A stretch of DNA of 64,000 nt, from positions 462,682 to 526,681 of the forward strand of contig CBDCRW010000003.1 of assembly GCA_965221125.1 (NCBI GenBank), given 5' to 3'. The notes beneath the pieces were generated by a model. The model saw only the letters and a list, made by a program, of their open reading frames with translations. It ran no database searches and had not been told where the DNA came from. Shown piece by piece: positions 31,823 to 41,612 of this stretch (the first letter of the stretch is position 1; every line of letters begins with the position of its first letter). The DNA comes from Alphaproteobacteria bacterium (GTDB lineage Bacteria > Pseudomonadota > Alphaproteobacteria > UBA828). The translations under genes were made by a program, and so were the position numbers.

Positions 31823-31915
31823 GGTGCCGTCTCGTCTCCCGCGTTGCGCCCACCGCCCTCGGCCCCGGCCCCGGTGAGGTAGCCGAGGCGACGGGGCCTG
31901 TCCACCTGCCCGCCG

Positions 31916-32842
31916 TCATTTCACCGCTCCGGCCGCCATGCCCTTGATGATGAAGCGCTCGAGCACGATGCCGATGATCACCAGCGGCAGGATCGCGGCG
32001 AACGAGAGCGCGGCCATCGACCACCAGTTGATGCCCTGGCTGCCGGTCTGGCTCGCCACCATGACCGGGATCGTCTTCGCGTCGGTGCTGGTGAGCAGGG
32101 CCGCGAAGAAATACTCGTTCCAGCACAGCACCAGCGAGAGGATGAACGCCGCGATCATCCCTGGTAGCGCAATCGGCAGCACGATCTGGAGGAACGCCTT
32201 CCACACCGAGAGCCCGTCCACCAGCGCCGCCTCCTCCAGCTCGACCGGAATGGCGCTGAATTGGTCCCGCATGATCCAGATGACGATGGGCAGCACCATG
32301 AGCGTGTAGAGCAGGATCAGCCCGATGTGGCTGTCGAGCAGGGCGAGCTCCTTGTAGAGCACGAGGAAGGGCAGCGCGAGCACCACCGGCGGCAGGATCA
32401 GCTGGCTGAGGAAGAAGAACGAGATGTCGCGGTTCTTGATGAACTTGAGACGGTAGCTGAACCGGCTGAGGCCGTACGCCGCCATCGATCCGAGCACGAC
32501 CGCGAGCGCCGAGGCCGAGAGCGAGGTGATGACGCTGTTGGTGAAGCGCTTCAGGAACTCCTCGCGCACGGTCGAGGTCTCGAAGATCGTCTGCGGCGAA
32601 AGCCCGAGCGAGCGCCAGCCGCGCCACGCCGGATCGAAGTCGGCCCACGGGATGAGGTGGCCCTGCATCACGTCGGGCGCGATCTTGAACGAGGTCGTCG
32701 CGGTCCAGTAGATGGGAAAGAGGCAGATCACAGTCCAGAAGAGCAGCGTGCCGTAGATCAGCAGGCGCCGCGTGTACCACTTGGCGCGGTACTTCAGATC
32801 CGGCGCGGCGTCCTTGAATATCTGGACGGTCTCGGTGCTCAT
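31916..32842 (-). CDS. CUT1 carbohydrate ABC transporter permease (MalG-like)
   Basis: 308-aa multi-TM ORF with an EAA-loop-like segment (EEAALVDGLSVWKAF). Confidence 0.85.
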   Translation of the reverse strand: MSTETVQIFKDAAPDLKYRAKWYTRRLLIYGTLLFWTVICLFPIYWTATTSFKIAPDVMQGHLIPWADFDPAWRGWRSLGLSPQTIFETSTVREEFLKRFTNSVITSLSASALAVVLGSMAAYGLSRFSYRLKFIKNRDISFFFLSQLILPPVVLALPFLVLYKELALLDSHIGLILLYTLMVLPIVIWIMRDQFSAIPVELEEAALVDGLSVWKAFLQIVLPIALPGMIAAFILSLVLCWNEYFFAALLTSTDAKTIPVMVASQTGSQGINWWSMAALSFAAILPLVIIGIVLERFIIKGMAAGAVK

Positions 32843-32850
32843 CGCCTCGC

Positions 32851-33984
32851 CTAGTAGGACTGCCGCATCCAGCGCCTCACCAGCTTGAGCAGCAAGGTGA
32901 TGAAGACGATGATCAGCACGAGGTAGACCATGGCGAGCAGCGTGCCGTAGCCCACGTTGGAGCGGTCACGGTACTCGCGGAAGATGAAGCTCGTGACCGA
33001 ATCCGTGGCGCCGCCGGGGCCGCCTGCGGTGACGTTGATGATGATGTCGGCGAGCTTCAGCTTGAAGATGATGCGGATGAGGATGGCAGTGATGCTGACC
33101 GGCAGCATCAGCGGGAAGGTCACGTGCCAGAACGTGGTCCAGCGCGAGGCCCCATCTACCTTCGCCGCCTCCACCACGTCCTTGGGCAGCGCCTGGAGGC
33201 CGGCCAGCAGCATGATCATCATGAAGGGAATGAAGGTCCACGCGTCCATCACCATCATGGTGAGTCGCGCGATCTCGGCCGTCCCGAAGAAGGACGGCGT
33301 CTCCCAGCCGAGGAACCGGCCCAGGTTCGCGAGCGGGCCGAAGCGGATCTCCATCATCGACTTCCCCACCATCCAGCTCACCGCCACCGGCGAGAGCATG
33401 AGGGGAAGGAGGAAGGCCACGCGGAAGAATTTTCGGGCGCGGATCTGGGCGTTGAGGAGGAGGGCGAGCCCGAACGCGATCGCGTATTCCACGCTGATGG
33501 CGAGCACGTAGTAGACCATGTTCTTGAGGGCGTTCCAGTAGAACGGATCGCCCGCCATCTGCACGAAATTGTCGATGCCGTTGAACTTCCGCCCGGTAAG
33601 CGAGGAGAGGTTCCAGTCCGTGAGCGAGATGTAGATCCCGAAGAGGATCGGGAAGATCACCATCGAGACGACGAACAGCACGCCGGGCAGAACGAAGAGC
33701 GCGCGCTTGCCCTGCTCGCCCCGTGTCAGCACCTGCCCGATGCAGAGCGAGACCGCCCAGAACGCGTAGGCGTAGAGCACCGGCCGCCAGGTCTCGAAGC
33801 CGAAGGAAATGCTTTCGTCCTCATGGAGGCCCTGGATCACCACCATGACGAGGAGGACGAGCGCGGACCCCCACATGAGCGCGCGTCCGGCCAATATGCG
33901 GCCGCGCGACATGTGATCGGAGGTGACGACGTAGAGCTGGTTGCCCTCGAGTTGCGCAGGGGTGCTCACGACGCTGCCCGCCAA
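32851..33984 (-). CDS. CUT1 carbohydrate ABC transporter permease (MalF-like, N-terminal extension)
   Basis: 377-aa multi-TM ORF with EAA loop VEAAKVDGASRWTTF. The start codon is not resolved. Confidence 0.8.
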   Translation of the reverse strand: MAGSVVSTPAQLEGNQLYVVTSDHMSRGRILAGRALMWGSALVLLVMVVIQGLHEDESISFGFETWRPVLYAYAFWAVSLCIGQVLTRGEQGKRALFVLPGVLFVVSMVIFPILFGIYISLTDWNLSSLTGRKFNGIDNFVQMAGDPFYWNALKNMVYYVLAISVEYAIAFGLALLLNAQIRARKFFRVAFLLPLMLSPVAVSWMVGKSMMEIRFGPLANLGRFLGWETPSFFGTAEIARLTMMVMDAWTFIPFMMIMLLAGLQALPKDVVEAAKVDGASRWTTFWHVTFPLMLPVSITAILIRIIFKLKLADIIINVTAGGPGGATDSVTSFIFREYRDRSNVGYGTLLAMVYLVLIIVFITLLLKLVRRWMRQSY

Positions 33985-34044
33985 AGCAGGAATGGCGGCC
34001 TCACGGCCGCCAATCCCAATGACACGAGCGAAGAAGCCGGGCTA

Positions 34045-35706
34045 TCAGAGGCCCAGCGACGCCCGATATAGCGCGATCTGGCTTTCGCGCCCGATCTGGT
34101 CGGTGATCTTCTCCCACGCGGCCGCGATTCGGTCAGCGCCTTCCTGGGCGCCGTACTCGCCGGCGTAGATTCGCGCCAGCTCGTCCTCGGCGACCGAGTA
34201 GTACTGGAAGATTCCCGGAATGCGCGGCTCGATCGCCGCGTTGGGATGGTTGTAGGAGTCCGCCTCCGACGCGAGGTAGTCGGCGATGAAGGCCTCGTCG
34301 TAGCCGGCGCCCACCCACTCGGGAATGTTGAAGTGGGAGTTCCGGTAGGGCTGGAAGCCCGACGGATAGGCGGCGCACCACAGCGAGAGGTCCTTGCCGC
34401 CGAGATGGGCGGCGGCGGACCAGGCTGCCTTGTGCCGCTGCGCGTCGTCGTCGACGCGGGCCATGACGTAAACGCCCCATCCGATATAGGCCATGTTGGG
34501 CGAGAAATTCGGCGACGCCGGGGTCTCCCACGCGCCGGTCGCGGCGTTGTACACGTCGTCCGAGCCGGGGAGGATCGAGAAGCCAACCGTCTCGCCCACC
34601 ACCGAGGAGTCGGAGGTCTTGGCGTTGGAGCCGATGTCGCCCCACCAGCTCAGCATCGAGCCGGTGCCGGCCAGGAACTGCTGGAAGCCCGTGGTGCCCG
34701 GATCGGCGTTGATCTGGTCCGGCGGCTGGGCATCAAGGGTGTCGAGCACGTCCTGGATCGCGCGTACCCAGGCCGGGTTGTTGACGCGGGGCTTCATCGT
34801 GTCCGCGTCGAACAGCCACGCCGGATCGTCCGGGTGCTTGGCGTAGGCGGTCGCCCGCGAGCCGAGGAAGTAGAAGGCGAAGCCGCCCCAGCCCTTCAGC
34901 GGGTCGAGGTAGCCGTAGGCGTCGAAGCCGCCCACCTTCTTGCCTTTGAGGAACTTGGTGACCTCTTGCACCTTCTGCCAGGTCGTCGGCACCTCCCACG
35001 CGCCCTCGTGGCCTTCGGCCGCCCAGGCCGCCGCGAGGTCCTCGTCCTCGAAGTAGTCGGTGCGATAGTTGAAGTTATGGCAGTCGCCGTCGATCGAGAT
35101 GCGGTAGGTCTTGCCGTCCCAGGTGCCGACCGGCGCCTTGAGGTAGCCGACGTAGTCGTCCATGTCGATCTGGCTCATGACCCACTCGGGCATGACCGAG
35201 GCGAGGCCCTTGCCGCAGACGTCGCCCTCGAAGGGGGCGCCCATCTCGATGATGTCGAAATCGACCGTGCCGGTGGCGATCGACTGCTGCAGGCGCGCGT
35301 TGTAGTCGGCCTGGGCGAGGTCGATCCAGTTGATGGTGGCCCCGGTGTAGGCCTCCCACGGCTTCAGGAAGCCGCGGAAGAGGAAGTTGTGCAGGTTCTG
35401 GTTGTTGAGGCCGAGGAAGGTGAGTTCGACACCGGCGAACTCACCTTCGGAGACATGCTCCTTGGCCGGCCCGAGGCACATCGCCCCCACCTTCTGCCAA
35501 TCGGAATCCATGGGAGAGCCGACGCCCACGCCGGGAATCTTGAGGATCTCGGCCCGGACGTTGTCCTGCGCCGCCGACGAGCCCGCGAAGCCGCCGATGC
35601 CGGTTCCCGCAAGCGCCGCCACCGCGCCGGTGCCAGCCATGCCTTTCAGCATCCTGCGCCTGGTCGTCTGAGCCGCCATGATTCGATTGAAGACGTCTAC
35701 TCTCAT
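34045..35706 (-). CDS. extracellular solute-binding protein (family 1) with Tat signal
   Basis: AGGGAG 9 nt upstream of the ATG at 35706. Twin-arginine signal TTRRRMLKGMAGTGAVAALAG. 553 aa. Confidence 0.85.
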   Translation of the reverse strand: MRVDVFNRIMAAQTTRRRMLKGMAGTGAVAALAGTGIGGFAGSSAAQDNVRAEILKIPGVGVGSPMDSDWQKVGAMCLGPAKEHVSEGEFAGVELTFLGLNNQNLHNFLFRGFLKPWEAYTGATINWIDLAQADYNARLQQSIATGTVDFDIIEMGAPFEGDVCGKGLASVMPEWVMSQIDMDDYVGYLKAPVGTWDGKTYRISIDGDCHNFNYRTDYFEDEDLAAAWAAEGHEGAWEVPTTWQKVQEVTKFLKGKKVGGFDAYGYLDPLKGWGGFAFYFLGSRATAYAKHPDDPAWLFDADTMKPRVNNPAWVRAIQDVLDTLDAQPPDQINADPGTTGFQQFLAGTGSMLSWWGDIGSNAKTSDSSVVGETVGFSILPGSDDVYNAATGAWETPASPNFSPNMAYIGWGVYVMARVDDDAQRHKAAWSAAAHLGGKDLSLWCAAYPSGFQPYRNSHFNIPEWVGAGYDEAFIADYLASEADSYNHPNAAIEPRIPGIFQYYSVAEDELARIYAGEYGAQEGADRIAAAWEKITDQIGRESQIALYRASLGL

Positions 35707-35976
35707 CCGTCAGATCTCCCTGAAGAAGGTCATCCCGTACCCGCCGACGCGCCCCGCGCGCCGGAAGAGCCAAAGACAATGGCCGGAAACTAGCCCGGAT
35801 TTCTCACCAATGTCACGGCCTGCGTCGCGGCACCGTGGCGGCGGCGCCTGGAGCGGCATCGGGACAATCCATCGGCGGACGACCTTCGCTCGCCACACCC
35901 GCCTTAGCCCGCTTGACGCGTTACTAACGACCCAACAAACATCTAGACTCACGAAACATCATATATTTCGCTTTGC

Positions 35977-36417
35977 ATGATGAATGAGCACCTGTTCTAC
36001 GACCTCAAGGACAAGCCCGCGCTGACGCGGAGTCTGGCCACGCAGATCGTGCAGGAACTTGGCCGGCGCATCGTCTCCGGCGCCTACGGACAAGGCAACC
36101 TGCTTGAGGACGAGGGGAGGTTGGCCGCGCGATATCAGGTCAGCCGCTCGGTCAACCGCGATGCCGTGAAGATTCTCGTGGGCAAGGGCTTGCTTGAGGT
36201 GCGGCGCGGCATCGGCACGCGACTCCGCTCCCGCTCCGCTTGGGCATTGCTGGATGACGACGTGCTGGCGTGGCACCAGTCGGCTCCGGCCGACCGTGCG
36301 TTTCTGCGCCAGTTGATGGACCTCCGCCTCGTGATCGAGCCCAAGGCGGCGCGCTGGGCGGCCGAGCGAGGCACCGCCGAGGGCCATGCGCTGATCGCCG
36401 AGGCGCGGGCGCCATGA
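35977..36417 (+). CDS. GntR/FadR-family regulator, short (146 aa); effector domain apparently truncated or frameshifted
   Basis: wHTH region (EDEGRLAARYQVSRSVNRDAVKILVGKGLLEVRRGIGT) plus only the first helices of an FCD domain (LMDLRLVIEPKAARWAA), then TGA at 36415-36417. Confidence 0.6.
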   Translation: MMNEHLFYDLKDKPALTRSLATQIVQELGRRIVSGAYGQGNLLEDEGRLAARYQVSRSVNRDAVKILVGKGLLEVRRGIGTRLRSRSAWALLDDDVLAWHQSAPADRAFLRQLMDLRLVIEPKAARWAAERGTAEGHALIAEARAP

Positions 36418-36550
36418 GGAACACGGCGCGCACCTGCTCACCGTTCGTCGCCGACAAGCTGATGTTCTCGGGCGCGATCCTGTTGCTGGCGGCGGCCATG
36501 GATGCGGTTTCCCGCCAGAGCGCCAATTTCTCACGCGGTGGAGGCGGTAC

Positions 36551-37027
36551 ATGACCGACACGCGCCCCTGGAGCGAGGACCAGGACCACTTGCTTGCCAG
36601 CCTGCTCGACGAGATCGTTCCTTCGAGCGCAGACGGTCGAGTCACTGCGGCAGGGGCGCTCGGCGTGGCCGAATTTCTGGCCAGCAAGGCGTCGGCCGAT
36701 CCGGAACTCGCGGCCTCGTTGCGCGCGGTCCTCGCGCACGCTGCGGCCCTCGCCGAGGCCGGTGGCGCGAGCTTCGACGACCTGGACGCCGCCGGGCGCA
36801 TCGCCGTCGTCGAGGCGCTGGAGCGGGAGGTCCCCAACGCGTTCACCGCACTGCTGTGGCACACCTATATGGGCTACTACAGCCGCGCGGACGTTCGCCC
36901 GCAATTCGGCCTCTCACCCCGCCCGACACAGCCGGAGGGCTACGAGTTGCCCGAAGACGACCCCGATGAACTCGCGGATATGCTGGCCCCGGTGCGCGGG
37001 CGGGGCCGCCGCTATCGCCCGGCCTGA
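36551..37027 (+). CDS. gluconate 2-dehydrogenase subunit 3-family small subunit (no Tat signal)
   Basis: 158-aa ORF immediately upstream of a GMC flavoprotein. The pattern LLDEIVP ... HTYMGYYS matches my recollection of this family. Confidence 0.65.
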   Translation: MTDTRPWSEDQDHLLASLLDEIVPSSADGRVTAAGALGVAEFLASKASADPELAASLRAVLAHAAALAEAGGASFDDLDAAGRIAVVEALEREVPNAFTALLWHTYMGYYSRADVRPQFGLSPRPTQPEGYELPEDDPDELADMLAPVRGRGRRYRPA

Positions 37028-37036
37028 GCGCGGGAG

Positions 37037-38659
37037 GTGTCCGGCATGAGCGACGATCCCGTCGATGTTCTGATCGTGGGCGCAGGAGCGTCGGGAGCGG
37101 CCTTCGCCTGGTCGTTGCTGGGCTCGCGCATGCGCATCCTCTGCCTGGAGCAGGGGCCGATGATCACCGACGCGGAATATCCCAGCCGCAACGCGGATTA
37201 CGAGCTCAGCCGCTACGCCGAGTTCAGTTGCGACCCGAATGTGCGCGGGCTGCCGCAGGACTATCCGATCAATGCGGAAGAGTCGCCGATCACGCCGGTC
37301 AACTTCAATGCCGTCGGCGGCTCGACGATCAACTTCGCGGCGCACTGGCCGCGCATGCATCCCTCTGACTTCCGCGCCCGCTCGCTGGATGGCGTGGCTG
37401 ACGACTGGCCGGTGGACTATGCGACGCTGGAGCCCTACTACGCGCAGAACGATCGCAACATGGGCGCGTCCGGCCTCGCCGGGAACCCGGCCTATCCGTT
37501 CTACGAGCCGCCGCTGCCGCCGCTGCCGCTCGGCAAGCTGGGGCGGACGCTGGCGCAGGGTTTCAACCGGCTGGGCTGGCACTGGTGGCCGTCCGATGCG
37601 GCGATCCTGAGCCGCGACTACGACGGTCGAGCGAAGTGCGTCAATGCCGGCACCTGCGACCTCGGCTGCGCGACGGGCGCCAAGGCCAGCGTGAACACGA
37701 CTTACTGGCCGGTCCTGCTCCGCGCAGGGGTGGAACTGCGCGCCAACTGCCGGGTTCGCGAGATCTCCCTCGACGAGAACGGCATGGCGAGCGGCGTGCT
37801 CTACCACGATGCGGAAGGCCGACTGCAACGCCAGAGGGCGGCGCTCGTCGTCCTCGCCTGCAACGGCATCGGCACGCCGCGGCTCATGCTCAATTCCAGG
37901 TCGAAGCAGTTCCCCGACGGTATCGCCAATCGCAGCGGTCTCGTGGGCAAGAACCTGATGTTCCACCCGCTCACCGGCATCAGCGGCGTCTTCGACGAGC
38001 CGATGGAGGGCTTCAAGGGACCCATGGCGTGCAGCATCCTGAGCCAGGAGTTCTACGAGACCGACCCGTCGCGGGATTTCGTGCGCGGCTACGGGCTGCA
38101 TGCCAGCCGCTGGATCACCCCCATGACGTGGGCGCTCGGCGGCTTCGGCATCGACAAGCCCATCGCCTGGGGTGCCGAGCACCGGCGCCTGATGGACGAG
38201 GTCTATCCCTATTCGGCGGCGCTCACCATCGTCACCGAGGATTTGCCGCGCGAGAGCAACACGGTCACGCTCGACCCGGAGCTCACCGACAGCGACGGCA
38301 TCCCGGCGCCCAAGATCACCTATTCGGTGGACGACAATACCAGGAAGATGATTGCCCACGGCGAGGCGCGAGCCGAGGAAGCGCTTCTCGCCGCCGGTGC
38401 AACGCAGGTCTCGGGCGCGGGCCAGGAGGTTTGGTGGCGGGCCGGATGGCACCAGATGGGCACGGCGCGCATGGGCAACGATCCAGCGCGTTCGGTGGTG
38501 AACGGCTGGGGCCGTTGCCACGACGTGCGCAACCTCTTCATCGTGGACGGCAGCATCTTCGTCACATCCGCGGCGGTGAACCCCACCTCGACCATCCAGG
38601 CGCTGGCCCTCTACATCGGCGACAGCATCCTGAAGAACATCGGCAACCTTTTCGACTGA
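37037..38659 (+). CDS. GMC-family FAD oxidoreductase (large subunit)
   Basis: N-terminal VDVLIVGAGASGAAFAWSL. C-terminal GMC region HQMGTARMG ... NLFIVDGSIFVTSAAVNPT. Confidence 0.85.
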   Translation: MSGMSDDPVDVLIVGAGASGAAFAWSLLGSRMRILCLEQGPMITDAEYPSRNADYELSRYAEFSCDPNVRGLPQDYPINAEESPITPVNFNAVGGSTINFAAHWPRMHPSDFRARSLDGVADDWPVDYATLEPYYAQNDRNMGASGLAGNPAYPFYEPPLPPLPLGKLGRTLAQGFNRLGWHWWPSDAAILSRDYDGRAKCVNAGTCDLGCATGAKASVNTTYWPVLLRAGVELRANCRVREISLDENGMASGVLYHDAEGRLQRQRAALVVLACNGIGTPRLMLNSRSKQFPDGIANRSGLVGKNLMFHPLTGISGVFDEPMEGFKGPMACSILSQEFYETDPSRDFVRGYGLHASRWITPMTWALGGFGIDKPIAWGAEHRRLMDEVYPYSAALTIVTEDLPRESNTVTLDPELTDSDGIPAPKITYSVDDNTRKMIAHGEARAEEALLAAGATQVSGAGQEVWWRAGWHQMGTARMGNDPARSVVNGWGRCHDVRNLFIVDGSIFVTSAAVNPTSTIQALALYIGDSILKNIGNLFD

Positions 38660-38732
38660 TGGACGCGACATGACCCGGCAATTGAAACCAGTGACGGCTG
38701 AGACGAGCCGGGACGCGGCGGCATATCCCCGG

Positions 38733-39896
38733 ATGAAGATCACTCGGATCGCGAGCCACGTGCTGCAGTACGAAATGGCGGAAGAGCTGGGCTATTCCCA
38801 GCAGTTCTATGGCAAGCGCACGGCGCACATCGTCGAGGTCGAGACCGACGCCGGGATCACCGGCTGGGGCGAGTGCTTTGGGCCGGGAACGGTCGCGCTC
38901 GCCAACAGGGCCATTGTCGAGCAAGTGATCCAGCCCATGGTGCTCGGCGCAAACCCGCTGGACCGCGACGTGATCTGGCACCGGGTCTACAACCTGCTGC
39001 GCGATCATGGCCAGAAGGGTATGCCGCTGCAGGCGCTCTCCGGCGTCGACATTGCGCTCTGGGATATTGCCGGCAAGGTGGCGGGCCTGCCGCTCCACAC
39101 GTTGATCGGCGGCGCACACCGCGAGTCCGTGCCCGTCTACGGCTACGGCATGATGCTGCGGCGCGAGGACGCGGCCTCGCTCGCCGCACGCTTCGCCGAC
39201 GAAGCGGCCGCGATCAAGGAGCAGGGCTACGTCGCCGCCAAGATGAAGGTCGGGCTAGGCCCGAAACGGGACGTTGCTCTCGCCGAGGCGGTGCGGCGCG
39301 GCGTCGGCGACGGGTTCGACTTCATGGTGGATGCCAACCATTGCTACACCACCGCCGATGCCTTCTACGTAGGGCATGCGTTGGAGGAGTTGGGCGCCTA
39401 CTGGTTCGAGGAGCCGGTGGCGCCGGAAGACGTCGCCGGGTACGCGGCCTTGCGACAGGGTCTCAAGGTCAACATCGCCGGCGGCGAGGCCGAGTACAGT
39501 CGCTGGGGCTGGCGCGCGCTGCTGGAAGGCCGCGGGCTCGACATCGCCCAGCCGGAAGTCTGCGCACTCGGGGGAATCAGCGAGTACCTGCGGGTGCTGG
39601 CGCTGTGCCACGCGCATTTCACGCCGGTGGTGAACCACGTCTGGGGCTCGGCCATCGCGGTCGCCACGAACCTGCAGCTCCTGGCAGCGATGCCGCCGCT
39701 GCCGGGCGGCCTTCACCCGCGCGAGCCGATGCTGGAGTTCGATACGACCGAAAACAGGTTCCGCGACGACCTGCTGACGAAGCCGCTGGATATCCAGGGG
39801 CAGGTGGCGCGCAACGGAGGCCGTGCCGCGATCCCCGACGGCCCAGGCCTCGGCGTCGAGCCGGACCGCGATTTCCTGCGGCACTACGCGGCGTGA
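38733..39896 (+). CDS. mandelate racemase/muconate lactonizing enzyme family (enolase superfamily) dehydratase
   Basis: MKITRIASHVL start is typical of the family (the ORF is open from 38670). Metal-ligand blocks VDANHCYT, FEEP and GGE are present. Confidence 0.85.
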   Translation: MKITRIASHVLQYEMAEELGYSQQFYGKRTAHIVEVETDAGITGWGECFGPGTVALANRAIVEQVIQPMVLGANPLDRDVIWHRVYNLLRDHGQKGMPLQALSGVDIALWDIAGKVAGLPLHTLIGGAHRESVPVYGYGMMLRREDAASLAARFADEAAAIKEQGYVAAKMKVGLGPKRDVALAEAVRRGVGDGFDFMVDANHCYTTADAFYVGHALEELGAYWFEEPVAPEDVAGYAALRQGLKVNIAGGEAEYSRWGWRALLEGRGLDIAQPEVCALGGISEYLRVLALCHAHFTPVVNHVWGSAIAVATNLQLLAAMPPLPGGLHPREPMLEFDTTENRFRDDLLTKPLDIQGQVARNGGRAAIPDGPGLGVEPDRDFLRHYAA

Positions 39897-40070
39897 CGGC
39901 CTGTCGGCGCCCAGGTCATCGCGCGCACGCTCATGTGACAGCCGCCCCGGAATTGGGGTTGGACAACGCGCGAATTACCTCAATGGAATCAATGCCACCC
40001 CTTGGGGCGGCAGGACAACGTAAGCTTCTGATATCATTGGCGAACCCTACTCCCGCAGGGGTCACCGCCG

Positions 40071-40811
40071 TCACCCGCTTGAATTGCCGCGCTCCTTCCG
40101 CTTGGCGGCCAGGGCGAGCCAGGCGTCGCCGACGCGGTAGCAGAAATCGTGCGAGGCGTGGTGGTAGAGCTGCAGCAGGTGCGGCAGCGTCTCGGGCAAC
40201 GTCGGATAATGGGTGGGCACGATTTCGTCCGAGATCGAGACCCAGGTGGTCATCATCTCCGGCGTCACCTCGAAGTGGGGCTGGAAGGAGTAGGTCGCGG
40301 CGCCGAAGCGGAACGCCTGGTTCGGCACCTCATCCCCCACCATGAGCCGCGTCGCGCCCTCGGGCAGGTCGAAGGTCTGGCTGTGGAACTGCGCCAGATG
40401 CATGGGGTTGGCGAACGACTGGCCGAGCAGCGGGTCGCTCTCCGCCGCCTGCGTCAGCGCAATGGGCACGAAGCCCACCTCCGGCAGGCGCATGTCGTAG
40501 CAGCGCCCGCCCAGGGCGCGGGCGACGATCTGCGAGCCGAGGCAGATGCCGAGCACCGGCTTCTCGGCTTGCGTGAAGCGCCGCACCAGCGCGGCCGCGT
40601 CTTCGAGCCAGGGATGCTCGTCCACGTGACCCGCGTGCATCGCGCCCCCCATGAGGAGGAAGCCGTCGTAGCCCGAATCGTCCGCCGGCAGGCGGTGGTC
40701 GGCGTTCAGGTGGGGCATGCAGGCCTCGAAACGGACGCCGCGCCGCGCCGCCGGCTCCTCCAGGTAGCCGGGCCCGGAGTTATCGTGATTCTGCAGCAAG
40801 AGGATACGCAC
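40071..40811 (-). CDS. class I glutamine amidotransferase-like protein
   Basis: MRILLLQNH start, nucleophile elbow GICLGSQ, and a late HFE triad-like segment. Confidence 0.8.
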   Translation of the reverse strand: MRILLLQNHDNSGPGYLEEPAARRGVRFEACMPHLNADHRLPADDSGYDGFLLMGGAMHAGHVDEHPWLEDAAALVRRFTQAEKPVLGICLGSQIVARALGGRCYDMRLPEVGFVPIALTQAAESDPLLGQSFANPMHLAQFHSQTFDLPEGATRLMVGDEVPNQAFRFGAATYSFQPHFEVTPEMMTTWVSISDEIVPTHYPTLPETLPHLLQLYHHASHDFCYRVGDAWLALAAKRKERGNSSG

Positions 40812-40817
40812 CGGCGC

Positions 40818-41504
40818 TCAGCCCTCGCGCCAGAAGCGCTTGAAGCTCTCCGCCGTGACGTCGGGGTCGCGGCAGAAGTCGACGATCGCCTGCTCCTTGC
40901 GCACGACCGCGGCCGCCGCCTCCAGGATCTGCGGCACCTGCTCCGGCGATACGGCGACGGCGCCGTTCACGTCGGCATGGATGAGCGTGTCGGTGCGGGC
41001 ATAGAGCCCGGCGACGTTCACCTCGCAGCCGAAATCGACGCGGTGGTAGTCGGCCCGGTTGGGCGCGATGCCGCCGCAGAGCACCTGAAAGCCCTCGGCC
41101 ATGCCGGCCACGTCGCGAACGGCGCCGTTGGTGATGAGGCCGATGCAGCCGAGCACGCCGTGCATGAAGCTCATGACCTCGCCGAACAGCGCGTTGGTGG
41201 CGGCGTGCGGCGTGTCGCCGTCCTGCACCACGACGATGCGGGGCTCAGGGCCGGCAGCGACGTAGTCGAACCATTCGAGGTCCTGCGCCTTCTCCTGCGC
41301 CGCGTCGAGGCCGCCGGGCTCCTGCGTCCGGTAGAGCGTGGTACGCGCGAAGCCCACCATGGGCGGCAGATCGGGGCGCGCGCAGTGGAGCATCGCCTTG
41401 GTCGAGCGCCGCGCCGCTTCCGGCGCAATGGCGAGCAACGCGTTGCAGATGGTCGGCGTGTCGTAGCGGCCGAGTGCCGCGAGATCGATGTCGTGTGCAG
41501 TCAT
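40818..41504 (-). CDS. RraA-family protein (putative 4-hydroxy-2-oxoacid aldolase/decarboxylase)
   Basis: 228 aa. Size and pattern (TPTICNAL ... VVVQDG ... FGEVM ... ITNGAVRD) are consistent with RraA/HMG-aldolase-like proteins. Confidence 0.7.
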   Translation of the reverse strand: MTAHDIDLAALGRYDTPTICNALLAIAPEAARRSTKAMLHCARPDLPPMVGFARTTLYRTQEPGGLDAAQEKAQDLEWFDYVAAGPEPRIVVVQDGDTPHAATNALFGEVMSFMHGVLGCIGLITNGAVRDVAGMAEGFQVLCGGIAPNRADYHRVDFGCEVNVAGLYARTDTLIHADVNGAVAVSPEQVPQILEAAAAVVRKEQAIVDFCRDPDVTAESFKRFWREG

Positions 41505-41612
41505 GGAGCCCTCCCCGCCCCCTCATAGCCGCGCCGCCACCTGCTTGCAATCGGCGGTCTTGCACAGTCAGCGCGCCGCCGCCACCATCGCGCAAACAAA
41601 GAGGTGACGCGC

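Noticed and set aside
36270-36554. 94-aa ORF as an independent gene
   Set aside because: Most of it overlaps the GntR gene in another frame. Only its last ~45 codons are of interest, as a possible frameshifted continuation of the regulator (see findings).
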